A stretch of 63,962 bases of DNA, counting the filler, from Piptocephalis cylindrospora (lineage: Eukaryota): assembly GCA_003614145.1 (NCBI GenBank). It is 7 parts of 7 records of this genome, joined end to end, with 100 filler letters (N's around TTAATTAATTAA, not from the genome) between each part and the next. Parts side by side here need not be neighbours in the genome. Positions count along the whole stretch, not along the records: positions 9,274 to 18,423 come from KZ988104.1; positions 18,524 to 27,671 come from KZ988105.1; 5 more parts are not named here. One strand, 5' to 3'. Within the stretch, counting starts at the first letter, position 1, and each line of letters begins with the position of its first letter. Positions 15,544-27,771 of the stretch are shown here, in pieces. The notes under the pieces are model-generated. The model was not told the DNA's origin, ran no database searches, and saw nothing but the letters and a program-made list of their open reading frames with translations. Position numbers and translations under genes: made by a program.

Positions 15544-16308
15544 GGAGGTATGCTGAAGAAGAGGGGGTATCGGGAGTGCGTGCATGTGTCTTGCGCAACG
15601 GGAATGAATTGATCACAGACTCAGGTGCACGCGTTGTCCATTTCATCTTCGTTGTTTTTCTTGAAAGACGTGACGGGGGATCTGTACTTGGAAGAAAGAG
15701 TATATTTTATAATGGCGAGGGTTTAAGAAGTATGGATGATGCGACTGCACATGCTATCCCTTGCTTCTCACATGTCAATAGGTCCATCCTTTTCAATGTT
15801 GATAGATCCATGACGTCTATCGTTGCTCTGCACCTCCCGGAGAGCGTGGTCCTCTTCCTCCAAGGCAGTATCCTTCCTACCAGACCGCGGTCTGTCCCCA
15901 GGGAAAGACTGATCCTCCAAGAGGTTCTTGGCCCTCCAAGACATCCTCCTTCCTTTAACAACACTGCTATTTATAGTTCAGTCGGAGTGTTCACGGCACT
16001 GGAGAGTGGGATGACGGAGTGAACGGCGGAGTTTTTCTGATCCTCTCAAACTCCTCCGTGTCCTACCTTGAATGACCCATTCTGTGTCGCACCATCCGTC
16101 TTGCCCATGGACAGGTGTATCTTTTCTACCACAAGGCCCGAGGATCTCTTGGTCTCTGTCGCTGTCACCGCATCATTCATCCTTCCCTTCCCTTCCTTTC
16201 CTCCCCTTCCCAATTTTACTCTTTGTCTCTCTTGTGTCATCTTAGTCTCCTTCCCCCTTCTCCATACACCTTCCTCCTTGATAGACCAAGTACCACTCTT
16301 GTCCAACC

Positions 16309-17687
16309 ATGTCGGCCATCCTCGACACCCCGTACTTTCTCCCGGATACCCCGGTCAAGGAGGCCCGGACCGACACCATCATGTTCTTGCTGCAAGAACG
16401 GGAAAAGGATATCGTTTGGTACAAGGAGCACTTTTACGGTCGACCCCACTATACCTACCTATCGGTGCAATCTCCGCTGGGGCCGTTGATTGTCTCGTTG
16501 ATCGCGGATCCCCGTCAGTGTTACCGAGCGTTGATCCGATCTGCATCGGGGTCCGTGAGGATCTCCCTCCCAGCCTCGGTGGTTCCCCTTCCGTGGTGGA
16601 GGAGGCGCTTGGGTCTGCCGGCGACTGAATCCACGGTCCTTGCGGCCATGACCGAGCACTTGCCCATCAAGTGCCTCCGACCATGCGGGGATGGGAGGCT
16701 GCCCAAGGAGATCCTACGGATGGAGGAAAGGATGGTGGTCCGATGTCACAAGTTCGGCATTGGCTACGTTGCCCCCGGTCAGGATACTGAGAAACAGATG
16801 CTCTCCAATGACCTAGAGGACTGCTCCCCCGGCTTCCTCTCCTTCCTTTCCTTTCTCGGGAAGCGCGTCCCGCTTCAAGGATGGAAAGGGTACTCGGGAG
16901 GGCTGGATTGTAAAAGTAAGTACCCTGTCTCTTTCTCCCCCATGGACGACACGCACTCACTTTCCCCTCCCTTTTAGAGGGCTACACTGGAAAGGAAAGC
17001 GTGTACACTATGTGGAATGATTATGAAATCATGCTACATGTGGCTCCCTTTTTGCCAAAGACCAAGGATACTGGGGAGCAGTATCTCGGGAGGAAGAAGC
17101 ATCTAGGGAATGATATTGTCCTTATTCTCTACCAGGAGGACCCTTCCCATCCCTTTCGGATAAGTACCATTCGATCCAAGCAGAATCGTATGTGTGTGTG
17201 TGTGTGTGTGTATGTGTGCGCGATCCGGATGGAGGGGCAAGCATGCTCATCTCCTCCTCGCCTTCCCACTCCAACTTAGATATCATCTGTCTCGTCTGTC
17301 CTCATCCCCGGGGATACTGGTGAGTAGTAGTCGATGGGGTGGTGGACGGTGTGTGAATCATCCTCGACTCATCCTGTCCTATCCCACTCCATCGCCTCCC
17401 CTTTAGTATACGTATATTCCGAAGAAGAGAAGTCCCTCACTTTGAACCCTTCTTACCTCCCCAAGCCATCCTAGAGAAGAACCCGTTGGCTAGGGATTTT
17501 TTCTTTTACAAGCGTGAGTCATCTCCTTTTTCTTTCCTATATTATCCCTCTCATTCCCTCCCCTCCCTTCCTAGTTATCCAAGGAGAAAGGTCAAGCTAC
17601 AAAACCCCCGCCTTCTCCAATAAGATTAGTAGAACACGAAAGGCCTTTCTGCAGGACCTTGCCGAGAGATTTCTCGAGTCTTCTTGA
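16309..17687 (+). CDS. Rap/Ran-GAP domain protein, 5 exons
   Basis: HKFGIGYV..GQDTEKQMLSN, FLSFLGKRVPLQGWKGYSGGLD, EIMLHVAPFLP, RKKHLGNDIV (Asn thumb), final exon RTRKAFLQDL. Confidence 0.88.
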
Positions 17688-18423
17688 AGGACAAGGAAGG
17701 GATATGGGACGTGTGTGTGTCTGTGTGTGTGTCTGATCAGCTCCTGGTGAATACTCTATATTCTATTTATTTTTCCCCTCTCTATTTTATTTTAACCTGT
17801 CAGCAATCAGCGTGTGAACTGTCAAGTGCTTTTCATGCCACATCCCTAAAGATCAAGACCCCCCTATACGGTCACAGAATCACTCCAGTTCAATCTCAGC
17901 CTCGGAGACAGATACTGCATTTAGACACCTCGGATGATGATGAAGCCTGAGTCAATTTAAATAGGCATTTACCGGCATTCTCCCCCCGGTCCGAATACCC
18001 TTTTCCCTACCTCACTCGGAGATAATGGACCGGTCTCGTCCCCTTGCCCTTCATCTAGTCCTAGATTGTGTACAGTCATAGAAGCCCTCCATGTCCCATT
18101 CCCCCGCTCGTACATCCATATTAGATCGTCCGATTTCATCGCCATGTGCATCACTCCACTCATCTAGGCGATCTCTTTCAAGAGAGAGGGGCAAGACCAG
18201 CTGATCTGGGTGAATCCCCATGGGATTCCCAGGGATACCAGCTGACTGGCCTCACAGGCTTCATCTAAAGTCAGATGGCCAGGTGATGAGAAGGATCGGA
18301 GATATCGGGTCAAGCTGAGTCGGGTGTGGCGAGAGAGGGGGGGGGGGGGGGGGGGGGGGGGAGTGGGGGAGTGTGGTACACGCGGTACATGTCATTGAAC
18401 TATTCCCTCCCTCATTTTTTTAT

Positions 18424-18523
18424 NNNNNNNNNNNNNNNNNNNNNNNNNNNNNNNNNNNNNNNNNNNNTTAATTAATTAANNNNNNNNNNNNNNNNNNNNN
18501 NNNNNNNNNNNNNNNNNNNNNNN
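18424..18523. other. Assembly linker
   Basis: N/TTAATTAATTAA/N spacer. Confidence 0.97.
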
Positions 18524-19742
18524 GTGTGACTCTTGATGAAACTTCCCTGACAAGGTTGACCAAGCATAAAAAGGATGCACATCCACTCTCCTTGTGTGTT
18601 CCGTATATCAAAGGACTCCTTGTGGCTTTCTAGACTGCATCATTGATCACACTCTCCTTCATAAATGAGCCATCTTAATTTTTATACATGGAGCACATCT
18701 CTCGAATCTTCTTTTATCATAGATACTCTTGGCTCCTTGATCATACCCTCTTGTTCATTTCTCGTTCTGGCTGACTTGGGCCATACTCACTGGTCATGGA
18801 TTGAGTTTCGTGCTGTCTCTGTGCGCCCTGGAGGTCAACCTAGGACCTGTTGGGGGATGGCCATAGTAGTAGTAGTAGTAGTAGTAGTAAGGATTCATCC
18901 TTTTGTCGTGGGAGACGGAGAGACGGAGTTCAAATACGAGCGGAGTCTCTCATCTCTCATCGTTCGCATACCATACTCCGTACCAGGTACTAAAATATCC
19001 AAATAAAACCCTGCTTTTCCCCTAAACACCTCCGCCTGCTCAGCTCCGATGCTAGCTTCCCATTGCCAAGACCCAGGGACCTTGTTTTCTTTGGCAGGTG
19101 CCCCCTCTCCTTTAAGAGGACTTGACCGTGACCCACCCTTCCTTCCCTCCCTCTCTACACTATCTCAATTACTCTTCTTCTTGCCCTGCCAATACCCTTG
19201 GCACGCGCCTCTCCTCAACATTCTCCTCTTCCGCCTTCCATTGCCCCTACCCACGTTGGCCCTCCCACATAGCCTCCCTCCTCTGGGGCCACTCCCATCA
19301 TCCCCCACTTCATCGCTCCCTCCACCCCACCACTCTTTTCCGTTCGTATCGGCTTAGTTTGACACTAGATCCGGTCGTACTCCTTTTTTTCCTGGACTCT
19401 TCCTCCTTCCCTCCGTCCTTAATCAATCATCATCATCATCATCGGTGTACCCACCCTTCAGTCCGATCCCCTTCCTTGTCGACTTCCTTACTAGATCATC
19501 TTCCTAATCGCCTCACCCCACTCCATCCCATCCCACTCCCTTTCCCACCATTCCCGTTTGTCCAGACGTACCGGTGTAGCCTGTTTGACGATCCGTTCCC
19601 CCTTTTCTTTCCTTGCTTATATCATCTATCCCTTCTTCTCTCTCTTTTTCCTTGTTCCTATCCCTTGATTATCCCCCATTCCCCCAAACGCTCTTCGTAA
19701 CGTCCTAATCCTCGTCTTCGTCCTCATTCCAACTCAAAACTA

Positions 19743-20606
19743 ATGCCTTGGATTCTTCTTTCGGATCATCCTTACCTGCCACGTCGACTGGAATGGAGGC
19801 GTCATTCTGGATACTCCCTGCCCCTAGATATCCTCATCCTCCTCCAGTACCTCATGTACGGTCTGTTCCTCACTGTCTACTTTACCTCCACCCGACGCAT
19901 CCTTCCCATATACCCGGGCATGGCATTACCCTTTGACATCCTTCTCCCGATGCTGACTTTTATCGTCTTTGTCCTCTCCATCTGCGTCTCGCTCAAGGAT
20001 GTGGAAGAGGAAGCATGTAAGGGTAGATCGCATGGTCGTACGGTACCGCTGGATCTTCGAGTCTCTACCGATCCTCACCCCATCATCGATCGGAATACCC
20101 GGTACTGTCGAATCTGCTCCACCACGGTCTCTTCCGGCACTCGGCATTGTCGTCGGTGTAACAAGTGTGTTCGTGGGTACAATCATCATTGTCGTTGGCT
20201 CAACACGTGCATTGGCGATGCGAATCTCCGGGGCTTCTATGCCCTCGTGGGCCTAAACAGCCTCCTGGCCCTCCTGAATCTCGTCCCCACTGTCCTCGTC
20301 TTTGCTGCCTATTTCTCTTCGATCCCCGGATACTATCAGTACTCTCATGAACTGTTCCCTGATCTCGATGCCCCAGGTATCCCGGTCATGATTATCACCT
20401 CCTTTGCCCTTTTAGGCCAAGCCATATGTGCAATTGGCCTCCTGCAATTAGGTTACATCCATCTCCGATTCTGGTATCGGGGTCGAAAGTCCAATCAAGC
20501 CATCGTTAGACACCTTCCATCTGGTGACACCCTGGCTGTCTCTGATGATGGGTATATATCCTCTCCCATCAAGGATGGAAGGGAAATGCATCTGCCTAGT
20601 CTTTGA
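19743..20606 (+). CDS. DHHC-family palmitoyltransferase-like protein (NHHC variant)
   Basis: Four hydrophobic segments around YCRIC...RHCRRCNKCVRGYNHHCRWLNTCIG..N; N-terminal RRHSGYSLPL resembles the ZDHHC1/11 type. Confidence 0.88.
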   Translation: MPWILLSDHPYLPRRLEWRRHSGYSLPLDILILLQYLMYGLFLTVYFTSTRRILPIYPGMALPFDILLPMLTFIVFVLSICVSLKDVEEEACKGRSHGRTVPLDLRVSTDPHPIIDRNTRYCRICSTTVSSGTRHCRRCNKCVRGYNHHCRWLNTCIGDANLRGFYALVGLNSLLALLNLVPTVLVFAAYFSSIPGYYQYSHELFPDLDAPGIPVMIITSFALLGQAICAIGLLQLGYIHLRFWYRGRKSNQAIVRHLPSGDTLAVSDDGYISSPIKDGREMHLPSL

Positions 20607-20785
20607 CGGTCTGAGAGAGAAATGGAGCCGTGCTTTGTGAATTGACTTGGATTTCTTTCTTAACCAATCTTTATTTTTCTCAATGAATACCACAATACCA
20701 GTCCGCGAGGAGGAAGAAAAGGAAAACCGAAAACAACGGATTTGGCATTTGTTTCGCATGTCATCCAACATCAGTGGCTCTTCCC

Positions 20786-21641
20786 TTAAATATGAAGGAA
20801 ATTTTTGCCCGTTAGGTAGACTTGCTCCATACGCCGACGTCGAAAGAACATGAACGTTTGTAAGGCTAGGCCAAGGATGGCACACACCGCTCCACCAATG
20901 GCCTGGTACATCATGACGGGCTGGTTGACCCAATCCTCCACGACCGACGTGAAGGCGGAACTTCGTAGGGAAAGAAGGGCTACGGTAATACCGGATCCCA
21001 GTGCCTGGTCCGTTCCAAAAATGAGGATGCACCCACCCATCAGGGCAAGAGCTATCATGACCACTGGGACCTCGAAAAAGTGCGTTATAATCATACCCAG
21101 GATGAAAAATCCCGCCATCAGACCAAGCAGCAGGGCGGAGGACACCCCGGGGATGGGAGACAAGATTAGCATTCCCAAGGTCACGGCCCCCGCCCCCCCC
21201 AGGACCCGTAGTCCGAGCCAGAAGAAACAGGAGCACAATGCTCCTGCTGCCAGACCCGCTGCTGCAGACACAACGAAGGGCACGGACTCGGCTGCCGAGC
21301 CCCAGCTCGCCAGATGAGCCCGCTGCGTATCAAAAATGTATCCTACGGTAATGTCTAGGGATAAGGAGGGTGAGCGATCTAAAGTGAATGACCCATTCCT
21401 CTGATAGTGTCTTACAAACGCCAGTGAAAATGGCCATCATTAGCATGGACTTTCTCCTCCATTGCCCCAAAAAGGCACACATCACTCCAATGATCGAGAA
21501 GATGACTGCTAGGACAATGTAGAGAGTGTCTTGTCGAGGCCCTTGACGAATGACTGCGTAAGGGGAACGGGTGAGCGGCGTGGGGGTTGTAAAGAGGAGG
21601 AGTGAGAGACTAACCGACAAAATTGTGACTCTCCTGAGCAT
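20786..21641 (-). CDS. Multi-pass membrane protein, TMEM198/DUF4203-like, intron about 21357-21415
   Basis: Signal-like N-terminus and about 7 Gly-rich hydrophobic helices; IGVMCAFLG, MGGCILIFGTD, ILGLALQ. Confidence 0.7.
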
Positions 21642-22553
21642 CTGCAACTATTAGCTGGCCAAGGACCAAAGGAAATAGAAGGGTGGAGAGAAGAGGGATG
21701 AAATGAGGAGCATAGAAAGGCATGGGTGGATGGAAGAATGGAGAAAGATCTATGGTTGGACGTGCGTGGAGAAATGATGAAGCGGACAGCGTTACAGCCG
21801 TCAAAGAATGGGGGAATTGTGTTAAGAAATAATCCCAGAGGAAAGGGCTTGGGAAATAAAGGAACGGAAATGGAATCAACTCGTGTACCAGACACGAGAA
21901 TGGCTCAGGAAACGAAAGAGAAGCAGGAGATGCGGAAGATGATGAGGAAGAAGGCAGGCGAAGAGAGAGTGAGTGTGTGAGAGAGAGTGAGTGAGAGAGG
22001 GAAAGACGCCACAAAGGCACTGGGGGAAGCGAGAAGAAGGAAGGGGGAGGGATGGAGCAAGGAAGGAAGAATGCTAGGATGTACCAGACACGAGCACAGA
22101 GTAGAAAGGAAATGGGACTAGATTGAGATGGAGAGGCAAAATCATGGCGGAGATTCAAACAGATGGGTCTCGTTCAGGTCGGGCTTTATACTGAGAGTCG
22201 ACAGGACAGGGTCCCCGACAACGTATCTCTGCCTTCCTCCTATTGGCCAGTGGGCTGGCGACCTCGTGTTTCAGTCCTTACTAGGGGATGGAATATGCAT
22301 GGCTGCATTAGACTAATGCGTTAATAGGTGCGTGTTTCAAGATAAAGTCGATGGATAGGAACAGAGAGAGGGATTCGCTGCACAAGTATGCACGATTTGT
22401 AACTGTGTGGGAGAAGGGGAAGGACAGGGAAGCTGTGATGTGGTCTTGATCTTTACATCCCCTAAGGGTATCATTCCGACACCCTTACTCGGCGTCAAAG
22501 GAAGCAGTGACAAAGTCAGTGGGTGAGATAGAGTGACGATACTAGACTATTCC

Positions 22554-22556
<3 letters not shown>

Positions 22557-22595
<39 letters not shown>
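22557..22595 (+). repeat. (CA)n microsatellite
   Basis: Perfect AC dinucleotide run. Confidence 0.95.
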
Positions 22596-22597
<2 letters not shown>

Positions 22598-22645
22598 GCG
22601 CATTTCATCCTATTTAATGTAATGATCCGAGAGATAGACGTCTTA

Positions 22646-24025
22646 TCAAGCCAGTCTGGAAACCTGACTCGCCCTCACATCAGCCTTTGGCCAGATCCCC
22701 ATCGAGCTCCACTCCTCCACAAGCGATTTAAGTACTTTTTCCGTCACCGCCGGGTACTGGTACTGAAACCCTGTCTCTCGAACAATAGCCTGCCCATCCA
22801 CCGCTACCTCATACACGTCAAAGTACTCAGGATCCAGATAGGGTGTCAATGGGGAGTGTTGCACCCCCGACTCTTCTAGGAGTTTAGACCAGGGCCCAAG
22901 ATGCTTTTCGTTGGCCTCATCCATTGCATTTTCCAGTCCGCTCTACGAGTGTGTCGAGGGGTAAAGTAAGTGGCGGCATTCCATACCATGCTTTATTCCT
23001 TAAGGAAATGGCTTACCCGAGTAAATTCCATGGCCTTGGTCATGATCCAGGATTGAGACTTGACACAAATACCAAAGATATTTCCCACTAGATCATTAAG
23101 CTTCTCAATAGCTGAGGTTGGGTCATAGATGAGGGATTGGACATGACCCTCCGAGCATGACTCTCCGAAAATGACCTTTCATCCACTTACTCGTGCGTCC
23201 AGGATCGGATAGATTGTATACCTTGCACCCAGTCGCTCCTTTATCCAGATACCATTGGGAAAGGTGAAGGGAGGCAGCGGCCAAGTCCATTGTATGTACC
23301 GTGTTCACCTGTCGGGAGTGGGGATGGAACGTGTACATGGGCTCCCCCAGGGCCTGATAGATTCGTCCACAGACCAGGAGGTGGGCAATGAATTTAGTGT
23401 CATCCGTCCCATAGGTAATACTTGGACGGACGATTACCAGAGGCAGGTTGGGGATGCGACGGATACTTTCCTCGGCCCGAATATGCGCTTGGACCCAAGG
23501 CATAGTAGAGGATAGCGGCGCGACTTCAGTATTCTCCTTCCCACTCTCCTCATATGCCATGGCAGTGGAGACATGGAGGAAGAGACGGGTCGAGACGGCG
23601 GCCGCTTCCTCAGCGCATCGAACACTCACTTCCTCCACCCACCGGGTGTATACCTGTGGCACGAGTCCCAGGCGTTCTTCAGCTTCAAAGTTCCACACGG
23701 CATCCCACACCGCCCCTTGTTCCTCTGGATCGTTCAGGGAAAATGCCGCTTTCCTTGCCACTGCATCCAAAAGATTGGCCTGGTGGTAGTCGCATCCTCG
23801 GATAATGGCCTCCTGTCTAGAAGGGATTGATAGCTGCCCCGGATGCAGCTTGTCCACCACGCGAATGTACGTTGAGGGGGAATGGGTGGTCAGATGCACC
23901 AGGGCCTCTCGACCATCTGGGGAAAGACCTCCGAGAATGAGGACCCGTCGGAGTGTGGGCTTTCCTACGGCGATACCATCCTTGTTCAGCGTGGGATTGA
24001 GGGTACTATCTGAGGAGAGAGACAT
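22646..24025 (-). CDS. NAD-dependent epimerase/dehydratase (extended SDR)-like protein, spliced; paralog of 58120-59398
   Basis: RVLILGG, IRVVDK, QANL, FLHVSTA, VIVRPSITYG, NTVHTMDLA, VYNLSD, C-terminal VDGQAIVRETGFQYQY. Confidence 0.8.
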
Positions 24026-24920
24026 GGTTAAGTGTAGAAGGTATAATTGCGATGGAGGAGGGGGTGTAAGGGAGAGGAATAGGGTAAGATAAATGAGTAT
24101 GGGATATCAATCATATATCTTGCTCTTTTTACCTCCCTTTTATACTTGGAGGGTAGACGATGTGAGCTAGCAGGATGACATGTTCAATGTTGCCAAGAGC
24201 GAGGTAAGGGATGGTCTTGCGGGATGCAATGTGGAAAGCAGTGTGGATCCAATAGGTGAGGGACTTTGAACGTTTGCCTTGGCAAAGATCCTCCTCTTGC
24301 ACAGTGACTGCATCTTCTGGGAATGTAGCAAGGGCTCTCCCGCGTGCTAGGTGCATACACAGTCATGAAAGATGTAAAATGTGCCAGGGATTCACTGGAA
24401 CGAAAGCACATCTCCATGAGGAGCTGCACGCTGAAGGGTAAAGGAGAGGGGGTGTTGAGGAAGGGGATGCAGGTCCCCACAATGGGATACCTATTGCCAT
24501 TATCACCAGGAAAGCAGTACCAGAATAAAAGGCACAAAAGGGTAGGTATCTTCAGGATATGAAAGCGATGAGGGCCATAAGCCAATGGCCGTGTGTTATT
24601 AGTGGTGCGGAGAGCGAGAACGCGGTGTCTAGAGTATCATGTATGCTAAGGGAATGTATCATGGGGCATGCACAGACATGTTGTGCACGCGCTTCACATG
24701 TATAGAGTGTGATCACTTCCCAGAGGTAAATAATAGAGTATTTGAGTCTTGGGTTGAGCTTGCTGCATATCGGGATCGTGGGTAAAATGATAATCGACTT
24801 ATTCCCATACACAAAGATAAAATCGAATGCCTTCACTATCTGCGCCCCACCACCTAGCATAAACATACCCCGCTCAGCCCACAGCGATGATTGGCGCTCT
24901 GCCTGCTATTCATCACTTGA

Positions 24921-25812
24921 TCAGTGAACATGGCATGCCTTGGGAAGATTGGGGCCCTTGTAGGCCTTGCAAATATCCCGGACAAAGTCTGAGGCCTTTC
25001 CTCCACCAGGGCAGTCCTTCCAGACCCCACCATCCCGGATGCACCGGTTCTTCCCAGAGATCTGTACAGTGCAACTACGTCTACACGACGTGCAGAGGTG
25101 TGAAGAAAAGGAAGAGGATGAGTGGATGAAGAAAATATGAAATGAAATCATATACCCTCTCTTCTTACTGAATTCCTCGACTCTTGGTACGAGCGGCTGA
25201 GGCGGCTAGTAGGGCTTTCCCTTCCGAACCCTTTACACACTCCTCCACCCATCCTTCGTAGTCTCCTCCAACTTGGGCAGCGCAGGAAGCAGCCAAGGAT
25301 CTGGAGGGTAGGGTGGTCCAATGATGGTTTTGGCAGATAATAAACGGATACCATGTGCGCCATTGCGGATATTCTTTGGCAAAGCACAACTGCTGCTTAT
25401 TCCCATCACACTCAGCCGGGCCGTGCATGCACTCAAGCTTGGCCGGAGTAGACGAGGATGTGGTTATGTAGTCTACGGTAAAGTCCACGATTTCTCCTAC
25501 CTGCTCCAATACATCGCTCACTACGCTCTCGCACGCGATCGCATCAGGGCATTTGGACATGACGTGGATGCTCACTGGGACCGGACGGGCTTTCTGGGAG
25601 GCATAATCCTGAAGAGGCAAACTGGCGTGATGAGACGAGGGGTCATGGTGGGGGGAAGCCTTCTTGGACCCGGACAGGTCAGCCTTAATTGGGGAGGGAG
25701 CCTCGTTCTTATCGTTAGACCTTGGTCCTTGGGTCAACATCATGACAAAGAAGATGAGGCCGACCAAGGCGAGAATACTGATAAAGTTTCTTGGTAAGCG
25801 GGTACGCGCCAT
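24921..25812 (-). CDS. GILT-like (gamma-interferon-inducible lysosomal thiol reductase) protein, intron 25081-25167
   Basis: N-terminal TM anchor; HVMSKCPDA, CMHGPAECDGNKQQLC, SCTV...CIRDGGVWKDCPGG. Confidence 0.88.
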
Positions 25813-27379
25813 GCTTGATAAAGAAATGCTGTTGCAAGGCAGGAGTAGGAAGGATTGGAAAGGGAAGGTGGGAGGGAGAAGGATTCCCTTTCTTCAAAGC
25901 ACCTGCCACGACTTGCCATGAACAGTCAAATGACTATCTCCTCACCTCCGCTCACCCAGCCAAGCAGATTCAATGTGGGAAATTGGTGAATCTTGGCGTT
26001 TTTAATCATCCCGAGTCTTAAGGGGATTGCAAATCAATGATTGTGGCGTCATAGGCCATTGCTTTGTTGAATGCCTGGTTCCCCAAGATCTTTGAAATTA
26101 CGCCTACCACCTTTTGATGGTCAAGAGGAGGACCACTATTGAAAGGGGAACGGTGAAAAAATATGAAAAGGTATGGAGGGAATTCAAGAAGGTAGGGATA
26201 ATTAAGAAATCCACATTTTCCAGCGATAGCCATATGGTTGGAGGAAGTGGACATGAAAAGGGAGGGGGATTGATATGTACATCAATAGGGAAATCCAGTG
26301 CTATATCTATGTGTCCCATATTCTACTCTACTAGCCAATACCCAACATAAAAATCAAACCGGCCAGAAAAATTCCATTGTCATGGCCGAGTGCCTTAGTT
26401 AGGACTGGTCTATTGACTGATGTAGACTTCAGCGCTCTCCAGTCGCACATGGATTATAATCTGGAATCTTTATGTAGACCCCCATCACTCTTCCAAAGTG
26501 CCCTTCCATAGGCCCTCTACTCCCCTATGAGCCGGATGAATGTATGCATCCGCTCACGTGGGTAGATCAGTCCATGTGCATCTATCCTTCTTGCTCCTAT
26601 ATGGAAGCTTCTTTGTGATTTGAGATTGTGCAATCATACGGACTAGGTGCTCCAACGCATCCCAAGTCATCTTGGCCTTTTTAAATGCTCCTAGAGTGTC
26701 GCGTTTCAGAATGCCTGGACAGAATCCTAGACTGATAGCATTGTCCATCACAGTCAAATTTATATTCCACAGGAATATTCCATAGTCTGTCAAGTTTAAA
26801 CCCTAACCACTCACAACACCTGCCCCCCACACTCAAGATAAAGCCCGGGAGCAATGCTGGATGGGGCTGGGGGAATAAGGTACTTGCTCACTCTCAGTGT
26901 GTCTGGTGTGTGAATCCAGAATAATTCAAAGCCCGCTCTTAGGGTTCAAGAGGAGTACTACCCTTACTATGAAGGGACCCAAATAGTAGCTTGATTGCCT
27001 TGCAGCAAAGGTATCCAAATATAGTACCTAACTTTAGCAGGGGTGTTTAGCGTCCGGGGAGAGCCATGAAGGTCTCTTCACGATATTCTGATATCTAGAA
27101 ACACGAGTGTCATGCTCGTTACCTTTCTGATCAATCGAGGCCTAGCTCTTGAAGGCACGTTCACGCTTCTACTTGCTCAAATGCCTGGACAGATGATCTT
27201 AGAGCAGGAGGAAATAATACTTAAAAGGGACCAAGTATGGCTGTCCAGCTCAAATATGTCTCCTGGTCCATCTCACCATTATCGAGTCAGCTCAACTGCT
27301 TTCTTTCTTTCATTTCCTTTCCTTTTCTCCCCTGCCCTTCACCCTCGCTTTCTCTATATCTTCGTCGCACTCTTTCACT

Positions 27380-27671
27380 ATGAAATATCCAATCTCTTGC
27401 CTGGCGCGATTGCATTTATTGGTGTTCATTGTTCTTGTCCTTCTTCCTCAATTAGCCTTTGGTAAAGGAGGTGGAGGAGGTGGGGGGGGTAGGGGAGGGG
27501 GGGGGGGAAAGGGGAGTAGGGGGGGGGGGGGGGGAAGGGGGGGAAAGGGAAATTCGTCTTTTTTCCGTTGGGTGGGGGTGCCAGGGCGGCAAGTAATAAT
27601 ACCTTTCCTCAGACTTCCACCTAATTTACATTGGAATTTGAAATCTTTCACCAAAATTAAGCCTCTTCCTA
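27380..27671 (+). CDS. 5' fragment of a secreted glycine-rich protein (truncated, low quality at contig end)
   Basis: Signal peptide MKYPISCLARLHLLVFIVLVLLPQLAFG then KGGGGGGGGRGGG; runs into poly-G and the linker. Confidence 0.5.
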
Positions 27672-27771
27672 NNNNNNNNNNNNNNNNNNNNNNNNNNNNN
27701 NNNNNNNNNNNNNNNTTAATTAATTAANNNNNNNNNNNNNNNNNNNNNNNNNNNNNNNNNNNNNNNNNNNN
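27672..27771. other. Assembly linker
   Basis: N/TTAATTAATTAA/N spacer. Confidence 0.97.

Noticed and set aside
19049..19700. S/P/L-rich ORFs in CT-rich tracts (also 21610-22158, 45450-45899, 59684-60202)
   Set aside because: Pyrimidine-rich promoter or UTR sequence lacks stop codons by composition.
24860..24920. ATGAA...CTGAG in the GILT 3' flank as a SECIS element or C/D snoRNA
   Set aside because: The helix above the quartet does not pair, GILT has no in-frame TGA, and it is too short for a C/D RNA.
26554..26793. 79-aa minus-strand ORF faintly like a retroelement gag (AKMTWDALE)
   Set aside because: Single weak motif; no LTR, RT or integrase sequence nearby.
26799..26808. AACCCTAACC as a telomerase RNA template
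   Set aside because: A 10-nt telomeric permutation is expected roughly once by chance in 64 kb; no supporting structure seen.
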